64,000 nucleotides of DNA from Octopus bimaculoides. Taxonomy: Eukaryota. Where the stretch lies: positions 24,270,747 through 24,334,746 of the forward strand of contig NC_068997.1 of NCBI RefSeq assembly GCF_001194135.2, read 5' to 3'. The notes beneath the pieces were generated by a model. That model searched no databases. It worked only from the letters and a program-made list of their open reading frames with translations, and was not told where the DNA came from. The position numbers were made by a program, and so were the translations under genes. Below, piece by piece: positions 41,903-55,194 of this stretch (position 1 is its first letter; each line of letters starts with the position of its first letter).

Positions 41903-42573
41903 TTCTCTGTTTCTCTCGCTCTCTCCTTCTCTATATCTATATGCAATCATACATATATAAATGCATAAATACATACATACACACAGATATATACATATAT
42001 GTATATATATATATANNNNNNNNNNNNNNNNNNNNNNNNNNNNNNNNNNNNNNNNNNNNNNNNNNNNNNNNNNNNNNNNNNNNNNNNNNNNNNNNNNNNN
42101 NNNNNNNNNNNNNNNNNNNNNNNNNNNNNNNNNNNNNNNNNNNNNNNNNNNNNNNNNNNNNNNNNNNNNNNNNNNNNNNNNNNNNNNNNNNNNNNNNNNN
42201 NNNNNNNNNNNNNNNNNNNNNNNNNNNNNNNNNNNNNNNNNNNNNNNNNNNNNNNNNNNNNNNNNNNNNNNNNNNNNNNNNNNNNNNNNNNNNNNNNNNN
42301 NNNNNNNNNNNNNNNNNNNNNNNNNNNNNNNNNNNNNNNNNNNNNNNNNNNNNNNNNNNNNNNNNNNNNNNNNNNNNNNNNNNNNNNNNNNNNNNNNNNN
42401 NNNNNNNNNNNNNNNNNNNNNNNNNNNNNNNNNNNNNNNNNNNNNNNNNNNNNNNNNNNNNNNNNNNNNNNNNNNNNNNNNNNNNNNNNNNNNNNNNNNN
42501 NNNNNNNNNNNNNNNNNNNNNNNNNNNNNNNNNNNNNNNNNNNNNNNNNNNNNNNNNNNNNNNNNNNNNNNNN

Positions 42574-42611
<38 letters not shown>

Positions 42612-42636
42612 GCAAACATATATATACACACATATA

Positions 42637-42668
<32 letters not shown>

Positions 42669-43059
42669 AATGCATGTAAGTACATAAATATATACATAGA
42701 AGCATTAATACATACATATATATGTATATGTATGTATGTATGTACGTACATACGTATGTATGAACGCATGCATGCATGCATGCATGTATGTATGTATGTA
42801 TCTATGTATGTATGCATGTATCTATGTATGTTTGCTTGTTTGTTTGTATGTATGTATTATTGTGTCCGATATCATGCAGGCTCCATTCACTATTTGCATT
42901 GTGCTTCAGAGATTGAACAATGGAAAGAGCGAAACGAACGTCTGCAGTCCGTAAGATACCGTTGTCAATAAAATGAATACAGTGTACACTCAAAATGTAT
43001 TGAGTCCATTTTTTACAACATCCAATCATATGATAAAAACGGAAGGAGTTAAAGTAAAA

Positions 43060-43660
43060 GATCTCTCTAAAAACTACGTTAAGAGAACATCTATTTGTGG
43101 AGTACTCAGCCATCCTTTGAATTTCTCTAAAAAGTAAGAGAACAGTTGTTTGTCGAGTACTCAGCCACTTGCACGTTAATTTCGCGAGCAGACTGTTCCG
43201 TTGATCGGATCAATTAAGATTTGTTGTTGTTGTTGTTGGCACTCCGTCGCTTACGACGTCGAGGGTTCCAATTGATCCGATCAACGGAACAGCCTGCTCG
43301 TGAAATTAACGTGCAAGTGGCTGAGCACTCCACAGACACATATACCCTTAACGTAGTTCTCGGGGATATTCAGCGTGACACAGTGTGACAAGGCTGACCC
43401 TTTGAATTACAGGTACAACAGAAACAGGAAGTAAGAGTGCGAGAAAGTTGTGGTGAAAGAGTACAGCAAGGTTCACTACCATCCCCTGCCGGAGCCTCGT
43501 GGAGCTTTAGGTGTTTTCGCTCAATAAACACTCACAACGCCCGGTCTGGGAATCGAATCCGCGATCCTATGACCGCGAGTCCGCTGCCCTAACCACTGGG
43601 TCATTGCGCCTCCACCAATTGAAATTATCGTTGTTGTAACCGACGGAAGGCCGATTTGGT
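43060..43660 (+). mobile_element. Older SINE family C copy (3' part, 43060-43220 and 43616-43660) interrupted by a younger antisense copy
   Basis: ctacgttaagagaaca..gtggagtactcagccacttgcacgttaatttc..gatcggatcaatt | insertion | caattgaaattatcgttgttgtaaccgacggaaggcc resumes the family tail. Confidence 0.75.
43221..43614 (-). mobile_element. Full-length tRNA-derived SINE family C with (AAC)n tail
   Basis: Reverse complement tggaggcgcaatgacccagtggttagg (box A)..ggattcgattccc (box B)..ggaaccctcgacgtcgtaagcgacggagtgcc(aac)n. Flanked by the imperfect direct repeat caattaagatt / caattgaaatt (possible TSD). Confidence 0.9.
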
Positions 43661-44494
43661 TACTGCTTACCAAAATCAAAAGAAAAGTACAATAGAAAAT
43701 TTTAAAAAAAACAACAAAATAATGAAACAAGTGACTAATTTCAACTGTAGCCTATACAATCATTAATATTACGTCTGGCTGCACAGTCGTTATATAATCT
43801 AAATGTATTCACATACACGCTCAAGAAACCGGTTCTGCTTTTTGGGAAATGTATCAATATTTTGATATGAAAAGTGAGAAAAATACGGTATAATCATACG
43901 TAGAGATGGTACAATTTGTTTTAAATATTGTCACCTACTTAATGGTAGATTTCATCGGTTTAATCTCCGATTGCATACGCAATTTTCTGGAGTGGATTCA
44001 GGTTTGACAATACAGTGATTAAGATATTACGAAATAAAACTATCCTGGTTAGTAAAAAAGATGAAAGTAAATTAATCAGATAATCAAAGACTTCAATGAG
44101 ATTTTCTTTAATCGAATTGCTGTCTCGGGCATTTCAGGCGAGCAAAAATACGAAGCCAAAGCGAAAAGAAAACCAAAGTTATCAACATGGAAGAAACTTG
44201 AAATAGATAAATGCAGTATGTGCAAGATGGAAATCAAAAAGAATAGCTGTAATATACGGAGTACTTGCTATAGAAAACAAAAGTGACCAAACATACTCGA
44301 AACTTTAATACACGATGAGATTCATGTAACTGACTCAGTGGAGTGAAGGTGTCACACACATACACACATACATACACAGAGTCACACACACCACACACAG
44401 AAACAAACAAACACGCATTTAAAAAAGCCATATGCACGAGTGTATCTGCATAGACACAGATATATAAATGCACGTACATACATACGTGGCTGTA

Positions 44495-44637
44495 TGGTAA
44501 GAATCTTGTTACCCAATTACATATATTGCGTTCAGCCCCACTACATAGTAACTTGGGCAAATGTTTTGTATTATAGCCTCAGGCTGCGCAATACCTCATG
44601 AGCGAATTTGGTAAACGGAAACTGAAAGAAACTCGTC

Positions 44638-44640
<3 letters not shown>
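44495..44640 (+). mobile_element. SINE family A, 5' half ending in (TG)n
   Basis: tggtaagaatcttg..gttcagcccc..ttgggcaaatgttt..tatagcctc..atttggtaaacggaaactgaaagaaactcgtcgtatatgtgtg. Confidence 0.8.
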
Positions 44641-44687
<47 letters not shown>

Positions 44688-45194
44688 NNNNNNNNNNNNN
44701 NNNNNNNNNNNNNNNNNNNNNNNNNNNNNNNNNNNNNNNNNNNNNNNNNNNNNNNNNNNNNNNNNNNNNNNNNNNNNNNNNNNNNNNNNNNNNNNNNNNN
44801 NNNNNNNNNNNNNNNNNNNNNNNNNNNNNNNNNNNNNNNNNNNNNNNNNNNNNNNNNNNNNNNNNNNNNNNNNNNNNNNNNNNNNNNNNNNNNNNNNNNN
44901 NNNNNNNNNNNNNNNNNNNNNNNNNNNNNNNNNNNNNNNNNNNNNNNNNNNNNNNNNNNNNNNNNNNNNNNNNNNNNNNNNNNNNNNNNNNNNNNNNNNN
45001 NNNNNNNNNNNNNNNNNNNNNNNNNNNNNNNNNNNNNNNNNNNNNNNNNNNNNNNNNNNNNNNNNNNNNNNNNNNNNNNNNNNNNNNNNNNNNNNNNNNN
45101 NNNNNNNNNNNNNNNNNNNNNNNNNNNNNNNNNNNNNNNNNNNNNNNNNNNNNNNNNNNNNNNNNNNNNNNNNNNNNNNNNNNNNNNNNNNNNN

Positions 45195-46215
45195 AACAAA
45201 CAGCAAATGAGTATATGCATATATACGTACAGGTATGTGCATACCGACATTCACCTGTATGTATAGGTGCATATCTGGGCACAGGACATTGCAAACAAAA
45301 CAGAGACGAGAAAACACACAAGTCACATAGAGAACATTCTACTTCATCAGCTAACCCCGCTCCAACACCGGCGCCTCGAAGAGCTGGGCAGGACGCATCG
45401 CCAAAACGGCTCTTCCCATGGACCGCAAATTAAACCTGCATACACAAATCAAATCCTGCCATGGAGGAATGTAGTGGCGGACAAAAAACAAGTCAGGAAA
45501 ACAAACAGAAAAGGCTTCACGGCCAGACGAGAAAAATTATGTGTGTATGAAAGCTGTGAGGCACGAACTTGAAAGTAGGGACGAAGCGGCCCGCGTGTCT
45601 GCTCGGCGACAGCCAAAGAAGAAAAGGATCACTGACCGGAAGCACGTGACCATGCCGGTGCAAGGGGAAGAGAGAGAGTGGTACAGGGAGAAACAAAGGG
45701 AGGAAGTAGAAGAATAGGTGAGCAGCGAAAGGAAAAGAGAACGAGAGGAAGTACGAGGGGGAAAAAAGAGATACGTAGTAGTAACAGAGGAAGAATGAGA
45801 GGGGTAAAGCGAGATACGTAGTAGTAAAGAGGAAGAACGAGAGGGGCAAAAATGATAGAGGAAGAGAAAGAGAAAGAGATAGAGTAGCGTCGGAAAATAT
45901 GAAGTTACGAAAACTACTTACAATTGGAGACGCTGCGTTCAGTCATGCAAAAACAAACAGCAAAAGAGTATATGCATATATACGTACAGGTATGTGCATA
46001 CCGACATCCACCTGTATGTATAGGTGCATATCTGGGTACAGGATATTGCAAACAAAACAGAGACGAGAAAACACACAAGCCACATAGAGAACATTCTACT
46101 TCATCAGCTACCCCCGCTCCAACACCGGTGCCTCGAAGAGCTGGGCAGGACGCATCGCCAAAACGGCTCTTCCCATGGACCGCAAATTCAACCTGCATAC
46201 ACAAATCAAATCTTG
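45195..46215. repeat. 757-bp tandem unit, ~1.35 copies visible (264-bp direct repeats at 45195-45458 and 45952-46215)
   Basis: 9 mismatches in 264 bp with no indels; both outer ends abut N-gaps. Possibly a retroelement terminal repeat (Penelope pseudo-LTR or TRIM); that part is inference. Confidence 0.85.
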
Positions 46216-46225
46216 NNNNNNNNNN

Positions 46226-46264
<39 letters not shown>

Positions 46265-46906
46265 GTGTGTGTGTGTGTGTATGTATGTATATATATATAT
46301 GTATGTATATGTCCTTACGTATATATAAATCTGTATGCATATATAAATATAGATATAGACACACTCACATATATATGTAGATGTATGCGTATATGTATAT
46401 AGATATAAATTACGTGTACTTGTATCTCTTCCTCTCTTACTTTCTCATTCTCTTTAATATGTGTGTGTGTGAACGCGCACGCGTGTGTCTGTCCGTCTGT
46501 GTACGAGAGTAAGTGTGTGTGTGTGTGTAAGTGGGTTTAGAAATTTATATGGCGCTAAATTTTGAATTCGCGTCGCTGCTTCTGCTGGGTTGAATAATTC
46601 GAAGCATCAGTATAAACGTTTATTACTAATTAAATATAACAAAAAAAATAAATAAATAGCTTTTAAACAAACACACTATTATATAAACATACGCACGCAA
46701 AATCACACGTACGCATGCACACACACAAGCACACGCACACACACCCGCACACATCTAAACGCACAGAAGCGCAAAATCCCAAAAATATGCAGACACGGAA
46801 ATAAAAAAAATGAAATGCAGAGTTGTATTCATAACAAAATATCCGATTGAGTATTGATCATTGTTAAATGTTACATATACATGCATACACACGCAGTTGT
46901 GTGTAA

Positions 46907-46980
<74 letters not shown>

Positions 46981-47170
46981 CTACATATATATATATATAT
47001 ACATATATATAAACATATATATATATATATATATACATATATATACATATATATACATATATATATACATATATATACATATATATATATGTATTTATAT
47101 ACACATATACATATATATATATGTGTGTATATATGTGTGTGTGTATGTATTTAGAGAGAGAGATTTATAT

Positions 47171-47209
<39 letters not shown>

Positions 47210-47210
<1 letters not shown>

Positions 47211-47500
47211 TACTCCAGACCAGACTAGACCGGAATACTCCAGACCAGACGGGCAGTCAGAGTTGCACAGTACGAAAACTCTCGTTTTATCCATCTGGGA
47301 TAAGGACACACTACTTAACAGTTTGAGTTACAAGACTCCAGAACTATACAATATTCTGACAAAGTCTCAGAGATTCGTGAGTTGCATATGTGGACGTCTT
47401 CAAAGAACGTCTGGACACGATACCAGATGAGCTCATATCGCGGCAGGAGTTACAAATAAGAGCAGCTCCAGCGAACTCAGCTCTTCAATAGAAATGATGC
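47210..47500 (+). mobile_element. CR1/L2-group LINE ORF2 C-terminal remnant
   Basis: Frameshifted peptides [25 protein letters not shown] and TIPDELISRQELQIRAAPANS match the motif NSL...GP.LFN.LP..VD.FK..LD..L..IPDEP....RAA.SNS. Confidence 0.7.
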
Positions 47501-47696
47501 ATTAAAGAAATGCTATCAATATCAGTTATTGGATTAAAAGGACGCTAGGGTACCACCTTGCGAGTTTCAGTTGGAAAAAATCGAGCCCAGTCGATGTGTA
47601 TTTTTTGCTATGACTGATACTTATTTGATCAATCTCCTTAACCGAACTGCATGTGTATATTTACAAATATACTGTATAATATACATTATATATACG

Positions 47697-47759
<63 letters not shown>

Positions 47760-47761
<2 letters not shown>

Positions 47762-47985
47762 TGCGTTTGTCCCCGCCCCGTCACCGCCTGCCAACTGCTG
47801 TTGTTGTGTTTACGTCCCTGTAACATAGGAGTTCGGCAAAAGGGACCCATAAAATAGGTACTAGGCTTACAATAAATGAATCCAGGGGACGATTTGTTCG
47901 ACTAAAACCCTTCAAGACGGTGCTCCAGAATGACTGCAATCAAATGACTTAAACAGGTAAAAGAATTAAAGAATAAAAGAATTAG
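47760..47985 (+). mobile_element. SINE family A, 3' half starting after (TA)n
   Basis: gtttgtcccc..tgtttacgtccctgtaacatag..ttcggcaaaag..gtactaggcttac..cggtgctccag..caaatgact..gtaaaagaattaaagaat tail. Confidence 0.85.
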
Positions 47986-49942
47986 TAACAAAAATGCTTT
48001 CCAGTCGTGACATTTACCACCTGTTAAAGGTAAGTAGGAGTACGTGAACTAATTTCTCATTTCTTTATATAAGACGGCGGTATTTGATTTGACATAGATT
48101 TCATTCCTATTTCTAGCAAGCTGAGTTACCACGTAAAAACTTCTTTGTTAATCCTGCTTACGTTTTTGCTGTAGTTAATTTTATTTCTAATGGTGTTGCC
48201 CTGATTGAACAAAACTATGTTCAGAGGCCTTCCATCCATGGCTATCCTGTTTTTCTACTCAATGCGCAGGAAAACCAGTGTTACGTTTTCCGCATCAATT
48301 TTTAGCCGGGTAGATAAAATTTGAAGGAAATATATGCTCTATTTCTAGCAGGTTGAGCAACAACGTATGACTTACCTCTTTGACTTTTGAATCATATTGA
48401 TGTTGTTATTGGCGGTGCTGATGCGGATTGTGATGGGGATGGTTATGGGAGTGGTGGAGGTATTATTAGTTTTGGTTGGCGTAAGATAAGGGCTGGTTGC
48501 GAGTTGGATACCGTATAAAATTAAACAAATTACACACACACACTCACACAGACATGCAGACACACACACACATCTGTTTACTATATAAATGTGTGTGTAC
48601 TTATTTATATATATACATACATATATATGCATATATATATATATATATATATATATANNNNNNNNNNNNNNNNNNNNNNNNNNNNNNNNNNNNNNNNNNN
48701 NNNNNNNNNNNNNNNNNNNNNNNNNNNNNNNNNNNNNNNNNNNNNNNNNNNNNNNNNNNNNNNNNNNNNNNNNNNNNNNNNNNNNNNNNNNNNNNNNNNN
48801 NNNNNNNNNNNNNNNNNNNNNNNNNNNNNNNNNNNNNNNNNNNNNNNNNNNNNNNNNNNNNNNNNNNNNNNNNNNNNNNNNNNNNNNNNNNNNNNNNNNN
48901 NNNNNNNNNNNNNNNNNNNNNNNNNNNNNNNNNNNNNNNNNNNNNNNNNNNNNNNNNNNNNNNNNNNNNNNNNNNNNNNNNNNNNNNNNNNNNNNNNNNN
49001 NNNNNNNNNNNNNNNATATATATATATATATACGTGTGTGTGTATTTATCAACACATACACATGCACAAACACACATACACACACACACACACATGAACA
49101 CAATAATAACTCAGAATAAAAAAAGAACCAAAATCTGTCAGAAAGAAAGAAATTGCGCTTAATTACATAGAATCAAAATTCTTTAGCAACGTCTCTGGGC
49201 AATGATTGTATAATGGCGACACAAATTTGTTACACAACGTCATTTCAAACTATCGTAACAATTTCAGCATTACCGAAAAATCAAATTACCAAATCATACG
49301 CATGCAGCGAAAATGTGTGTATGTCGATGTGTGTATGTTTGTTTATGTCTCTGTGTGTGTGTGTCTGAATTGGTAAGTGCGTGTGAGTTTGTGTGTTGAT
49401 ATCTTAATGTATATTTATTCACGTATGTGTGTGTGTGTGTCTGTTTATGTGTGTGCGTAAACAATATATATATCCATTAAGTTATTTTGACAGCGAGAAA
49501 GATGGAATCACTTCAAACGAATCGGTGCTAGAATAAATCGTGCAATATAAAATGTCTCGTATAATCAACCCGGATTCGAAACTATGTCGAAAAGTCAGTT
49601 TGGTGATGCGTTGCACCAATACTTTACTTATTTGCCCTTACGGCACTAATAAATTGCATTTAATCTCAGAACAGGAAGCAGAATTGACTCTAGACTAAGA
49701 AACGGTGTTTAAACTTCTTGAGTTTGCGGAGTTTTGGAAACATAAAAAAAGTGGCGAATAAAAAAATAAAATATCGGGCTAAAATAGTGGATCGAACTAC
49801 TTTCAAAAGACTGCTGAGCTGTCAAATAAGTTTTCGCTTAAAATTGGTTGTCTTCTTCAACATTTTTATTTCTAAGGTACGACTCTTATTGAATATCATG
49901 TTATATCTACCAACGAAATAAATAACAATCTACCTCTAATGA

Positions 49943-49995
<53 letters not shown>

Positions 49996-50157
49996 AAATT
50001 TATAGGAAAAGAAAAGACGAAGACAAGTGTGTGAACAACACGTTCGGAAAAATTAAAATATCATTTAGGTTTCTGGCCTCCACTCTTCAACGGAAAAGAA
50101 TAAGAGAAAATAAACAGAAAGAAAATGAAAAAAAAAACCTGTAGATTTAGCGGGAAA

Positions 50158-50665
50158 GGATACTCTTATACTCTTTTATTTTTTTCAGTCATTTTACTGC
50201 GGCAATGCAGAAAATTTATATATATTTATATGACGGGGTTCTTTCAGTTTCCATGAACCAAATCTACTCACAATTTGGTCGCCCCGGGGCCATACTAGAC
50301 AACACTTGCTAAAAGTGTCACGCAGTGCGACTGAACCCCGGACCATATAGTTGGGAAGCAAACTTCTTACTACTCAGCCACGCCGTTTGTAATTCACTTC
50401 AAGTATATTTCGTCCTTTGCTTGTTTCAGTCCTTAGACTGCGGCCATATTGGAGCACCATCTTGAATTTATTTTATTTTATTTTTGGTCGAATGAATCGA
50501 CCCTAGTACTTCGTTTTTAAGCCTCGTATTTATACTGTCGATCCATTTTCCCTTTCCGTCTACCAAATCTGCTTAAAAAGCTTTAATCGGCCCGAGGTCT
50601 AGGTGAAGACACTTGCCCAAGGTGCCAAGTGGTGGGACTGAAACCAGAACCATGTACGCTAGGAA
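50158..50665 (-). mobile_element. SINE family A, two adjacent internally deleted copies (50158-50385, 50410-50665)
   Basis: Each has the tail (tttcagtc..ctgcggc) and head (gacacttgcccaaggtgcc..gggactgaa..ccat), with different internal deletions. Confidence 0.8.
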
Positions 50666-51026
50666 GAAGAGAAAAAAAATGATGTCAGAAATGTTAGAAA
50701 AAAATTCATTGTATCTATGGCTGTCTCAATAACTCACAAAAAATTAATTAACTACTAAATATTTTCCATGCCAGCATGATGGTTTTACAGAAATTCAAGT
50801 TGAACTCAAACAGTACAATCTGCAGCATTTCTGAGAGAAAATTGAAGGCCTCCGCTTGCAATGAGCTCTTCTTATTCAGACAACAAATGAAAAAGAAAAC
50901 AATGTAGATCAGGAGAACCATCGTCCAACATGAGTTGTAACACCAACAATATCATAATAGTAACAACAGCAAAAAGAAAAGATAAACAAGTCTGAAACAA
51001 AGTAGATTAAAAGATATCAGACACTA

Positions 51027-51150
<124 letters not shown>

Positions 51151-51922
51151 ATGTATGTATATGTATATGTGCATATATGTATGTATGTATTTATGCATAC
51201 ATGTACATACATACTTCTACATAAATACATATAAATGTATACATTACAAGACTGGATTAGAAAAGAGTTAATAGAGATGGAGCAAAAACAAATTAAATAC
51301 ACAACAAAGAGAATATGAAATAAATATATGACAGATGGAAGATCAGATCAGAGCACAGATTGTAAAGTCTTGCGTGGCCTTGAAATGAATATGTGAGACA
51401 CTTTAGTATTGTAAATATGCAAATATATGCATGTAACTGTTTGTGGAGGATGCGAGATTGTATGTGTGAATGTTGTAAGAGAATGTATGATTGATGACTG
51501 TATATGATTGTGGAGATCTGAGAATAGAAAAATTTCTATTTTGAAAGCGAAAGTGAAAGTACAACTCGTGATGCTGGTTTTTAAATGAAGATTTTCAAAA
51601 GAGTTTGTAGACCATATTTTCATATTAATTTACACATATTAATGTGAAGAATCTATTAGAGCCACATATATAAACATACACTGGCACAAACGAACATTGA
51701 TTTTTACAAATACAGTGTTATACACACATACATAGATTCATGCATACATACACATATATATATGTATACATATATATGCATATATATATATATATATATA
51801 TGTATACATATATATTTATATAAATGTATAGATATATAAGTATATGTCAGTGTGTGTGCGCTCATGTATGTACGTTTGCATATATATGAGGGTGTATGTA
51901 TGCATATGTTTATGTATATATG

Positions 51923-51953
<31 letters not shown>

Positions 51954-52379
51954 CTGTGTATATACACACAAACTTCTATGTGTGTACAAGTATATGTATA
52001 CGTTTATACGTATATGTAAATATATATATATGTATTTCTGTAGATAGATAGATAGATAGATAGATGCATCGATGTAATATATAAAACACATGTATGCGTG
52101 TGTAGGTTATGTGTTGTTTCGTGTGTGTACAGATGAATAGGTGTATGTATATGTCTGACTATTATATATGTATGTATGCCTGTCTATAAATGTATACATA
52201 TTCATAATTTTCCATCCTGAAAGACTCTTTCTTTTCATTTTGTTTTTGTTGTTGTTTCCTCGGAATTATTCTTTAATAAACAAGAAACTTTGATTTCTTA
52301 CGTATCTTTGACACGCTTTAACCTCTGATGTAGGCAGATAAATCGAAATTTTTCCAATTTCATTACTACTATTACTACT

Positions 52380-52730
<351 letters not shown>

Positions 52731-53100
52731 ATGAGAGCTAGTCGTACACTATTAGCAATTTCCATTAGATCGCAAATTGCATAATTTTTACAACAAAACA
52801 AAACAAAAATGAATATGAAAATCTTTATTAAATTAAATAACTAAATGAAAAAAATATATAAAACAATGTTATTAAAATATAAAATAAAATCCCACCAGCT
52901 AACCGTACAACTGACCGAGCCACATCCAACCAACATCAGGTTCAACAATGAAAATAGAAACCAAGATTATACACTCATAAACACAGATATAAAGAGGATA
53001 TGTGCATACAAATATACAAGAACAGGAGTATGTACGTGTGCATGTATGTATGTATAAATATAAATATATATACGCACATATAAGGATACATATGATTATA

Positions 53101-53143
<43 letters not shown>

Positions 53144-53559
53144 CATGTGAAATTTTATATGTATGTATATACAAATATACACACACGCAAATACAGATAC
53201 CTTCATACTCACAAATTAAGACAAAGAAAGGCGTATATACACACATGTTCACATGTATAAGGAAAACACATATAGCATATACGTCAGCAATCAGATCCTC
53301 ACTCAACAAATATACACGTCCATATACACATATACAACGACAGACACATAGAAATACGTATTCACACGTGTAAACATACACGTACAATAAAAAGTGCCCA
53401 TGTACACATATATACACAACAAACACACGCATATATACAGACACGCAATATATATATATAGGCATGCACGCGCTCTTATGTATATGTATAACAGTAGTTA
53501 GTTGGATAGTTAAACAGATTGATATGTAGATTGACAAAGAGACAAACAGACAGATAAAC

Positions 53560-53593
<34 letters not shown>

Positions 53594-53777
53594 GTAGATA
53601 GATAGATAGATAGGTATAGAGAGAAATGTATATACATGTATGTATATAACACTAATCCATAAACGTATATATACATATATATACACGTATATATGAGTAT
53701 ATTCATTTGCATGTTTATGCGTGTTTTTATGTGTATAGAGAGATATACATTGATATGTAGATAAATGTATATATATA

Positions 53778-53825
<48 letters not shown>

Positions 53826-55194
53826 GGCATGTACATATGTGTGTGTGTGAATGTATATATGTATGTGTGTTGATACACGGAGATAGATAGAAAGGTATAC
53901 TTGTGTGTGTACATTTATATCTATAATTATGTACGGATAGGTAATTAGACGGATAGAGAGATCGATAGATACGGACATACATATACACAAACATACTTAT
54001 GTACATACATATATACATGCATGCATGCAAACACGTTCGGATGGATAGATGAATACATACGTACGTATGTACGTACATATATATGTACATACATACATAC
54101 ATGCATACATACAGGCACACACACTATCAAACACATACATACATACATGCATAATCATCCACAAACATAACTAGGAAAACCAGCGAAATTAGAGAGAAGG
54201 TTCCTGAATGAAATATGCATGTTAAATATCTGTCATATTTAATGGTTTCTATATGTTAATGCCTTTTCCTCAATGAAAACAGATTTTACTTGAAATTTTA
54301 CCTAATGAACTTTGTTACCAATACTTGTCCTCTGCGCCATATTGTCGAAATTTAATTGCAAAATTAATTCGTCATTCTTCGAATAAATTGTTTTTCATTT
54401 TAATTCTTAATTTCTTTTTTGTTTCTGATTTCGTTTTTGTTTTTGTTTCTCTTTTGTTTCGTTTTTCGTTTTTCATTTTTATTTTCTGCGAAGTTGTGGG
54501 GGAGTGTTGATTATGGAGTATGTACGGGTAGGTGTAGGAGGAGCTGCTTTCTCGTTTGTTTGTTTATTTTGTTTTGTTTTCGTGTCGTGTGTTAATTATT
54601 TAAAAAAAAATTTCTTAATAATTTCGGGAATATCATCAATTTTTTCTGTTCTTTGTTTATCTCTCTCTATTTTTTTAAAGCTTTTTGCTCTCTTTCTTAC
54701 CTTTCCTCTTTAATTTTTTATACATTTTATTTACTTATTATTTATTTATTTTTGCTAAATTTTCTTCTGTTTCTTTTTTGTCTTTTCTGATTTTTGTCAC
54801 TTTTTCATCTGTTTTTATTTACAGATGTTACTAGTTTAAATTTTAATATGAATTACAATAACTAGAGCAACAAAATAACAAAAAATAATAGCAATTAATA
54901 CCACTGTTAATGCTACTACTAGAAATAGTAACCAAATCTCTTTGAAACAACACCTTAACGTATTTCTTAATCTGTTTTGTCCAACTATCCACTTCAAGTT
55001 GCCATGAAAAATCTCATTACGTCTCATTACGAACGGAGAAATTAAGAGTATAGAGTATTTGCGTGTGGGGGGGGGGCGTGTGTGTTTCTGGGAGTGCACT
55101 TATGTGTTTGTGTATGCATGTATAAGTGTGTGTGTGCGCGGGCGCGTGTGCAACCAAAAAGTTTTATGACTTCATTACGGGGTTTATTCATTTG

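Noticed and set aside
43540-43614. tRNA gene
   Set aside because: It has box A/B but no complete cloverleaf or acceptor stem, and it continues into a SINE body and tail, so it is a SINE head.
48376-48492. Minus-strand exon ending in a perfect GAG|GTAAGT donor (PYLTPTKTNNTSTTPITIP..)
   Set aside because: Weak acceptor and low-complexity content; such donors occur by chance in AT-rich DNA.
50040-50110. Hammerhead ribozyme-like motif on the minus strand (ccgttgaagag..cagaaac)
   Set aside because: The CUGANGA core is not intact and the stems could not be formed; at most a decayed Penelope-derived fragment.
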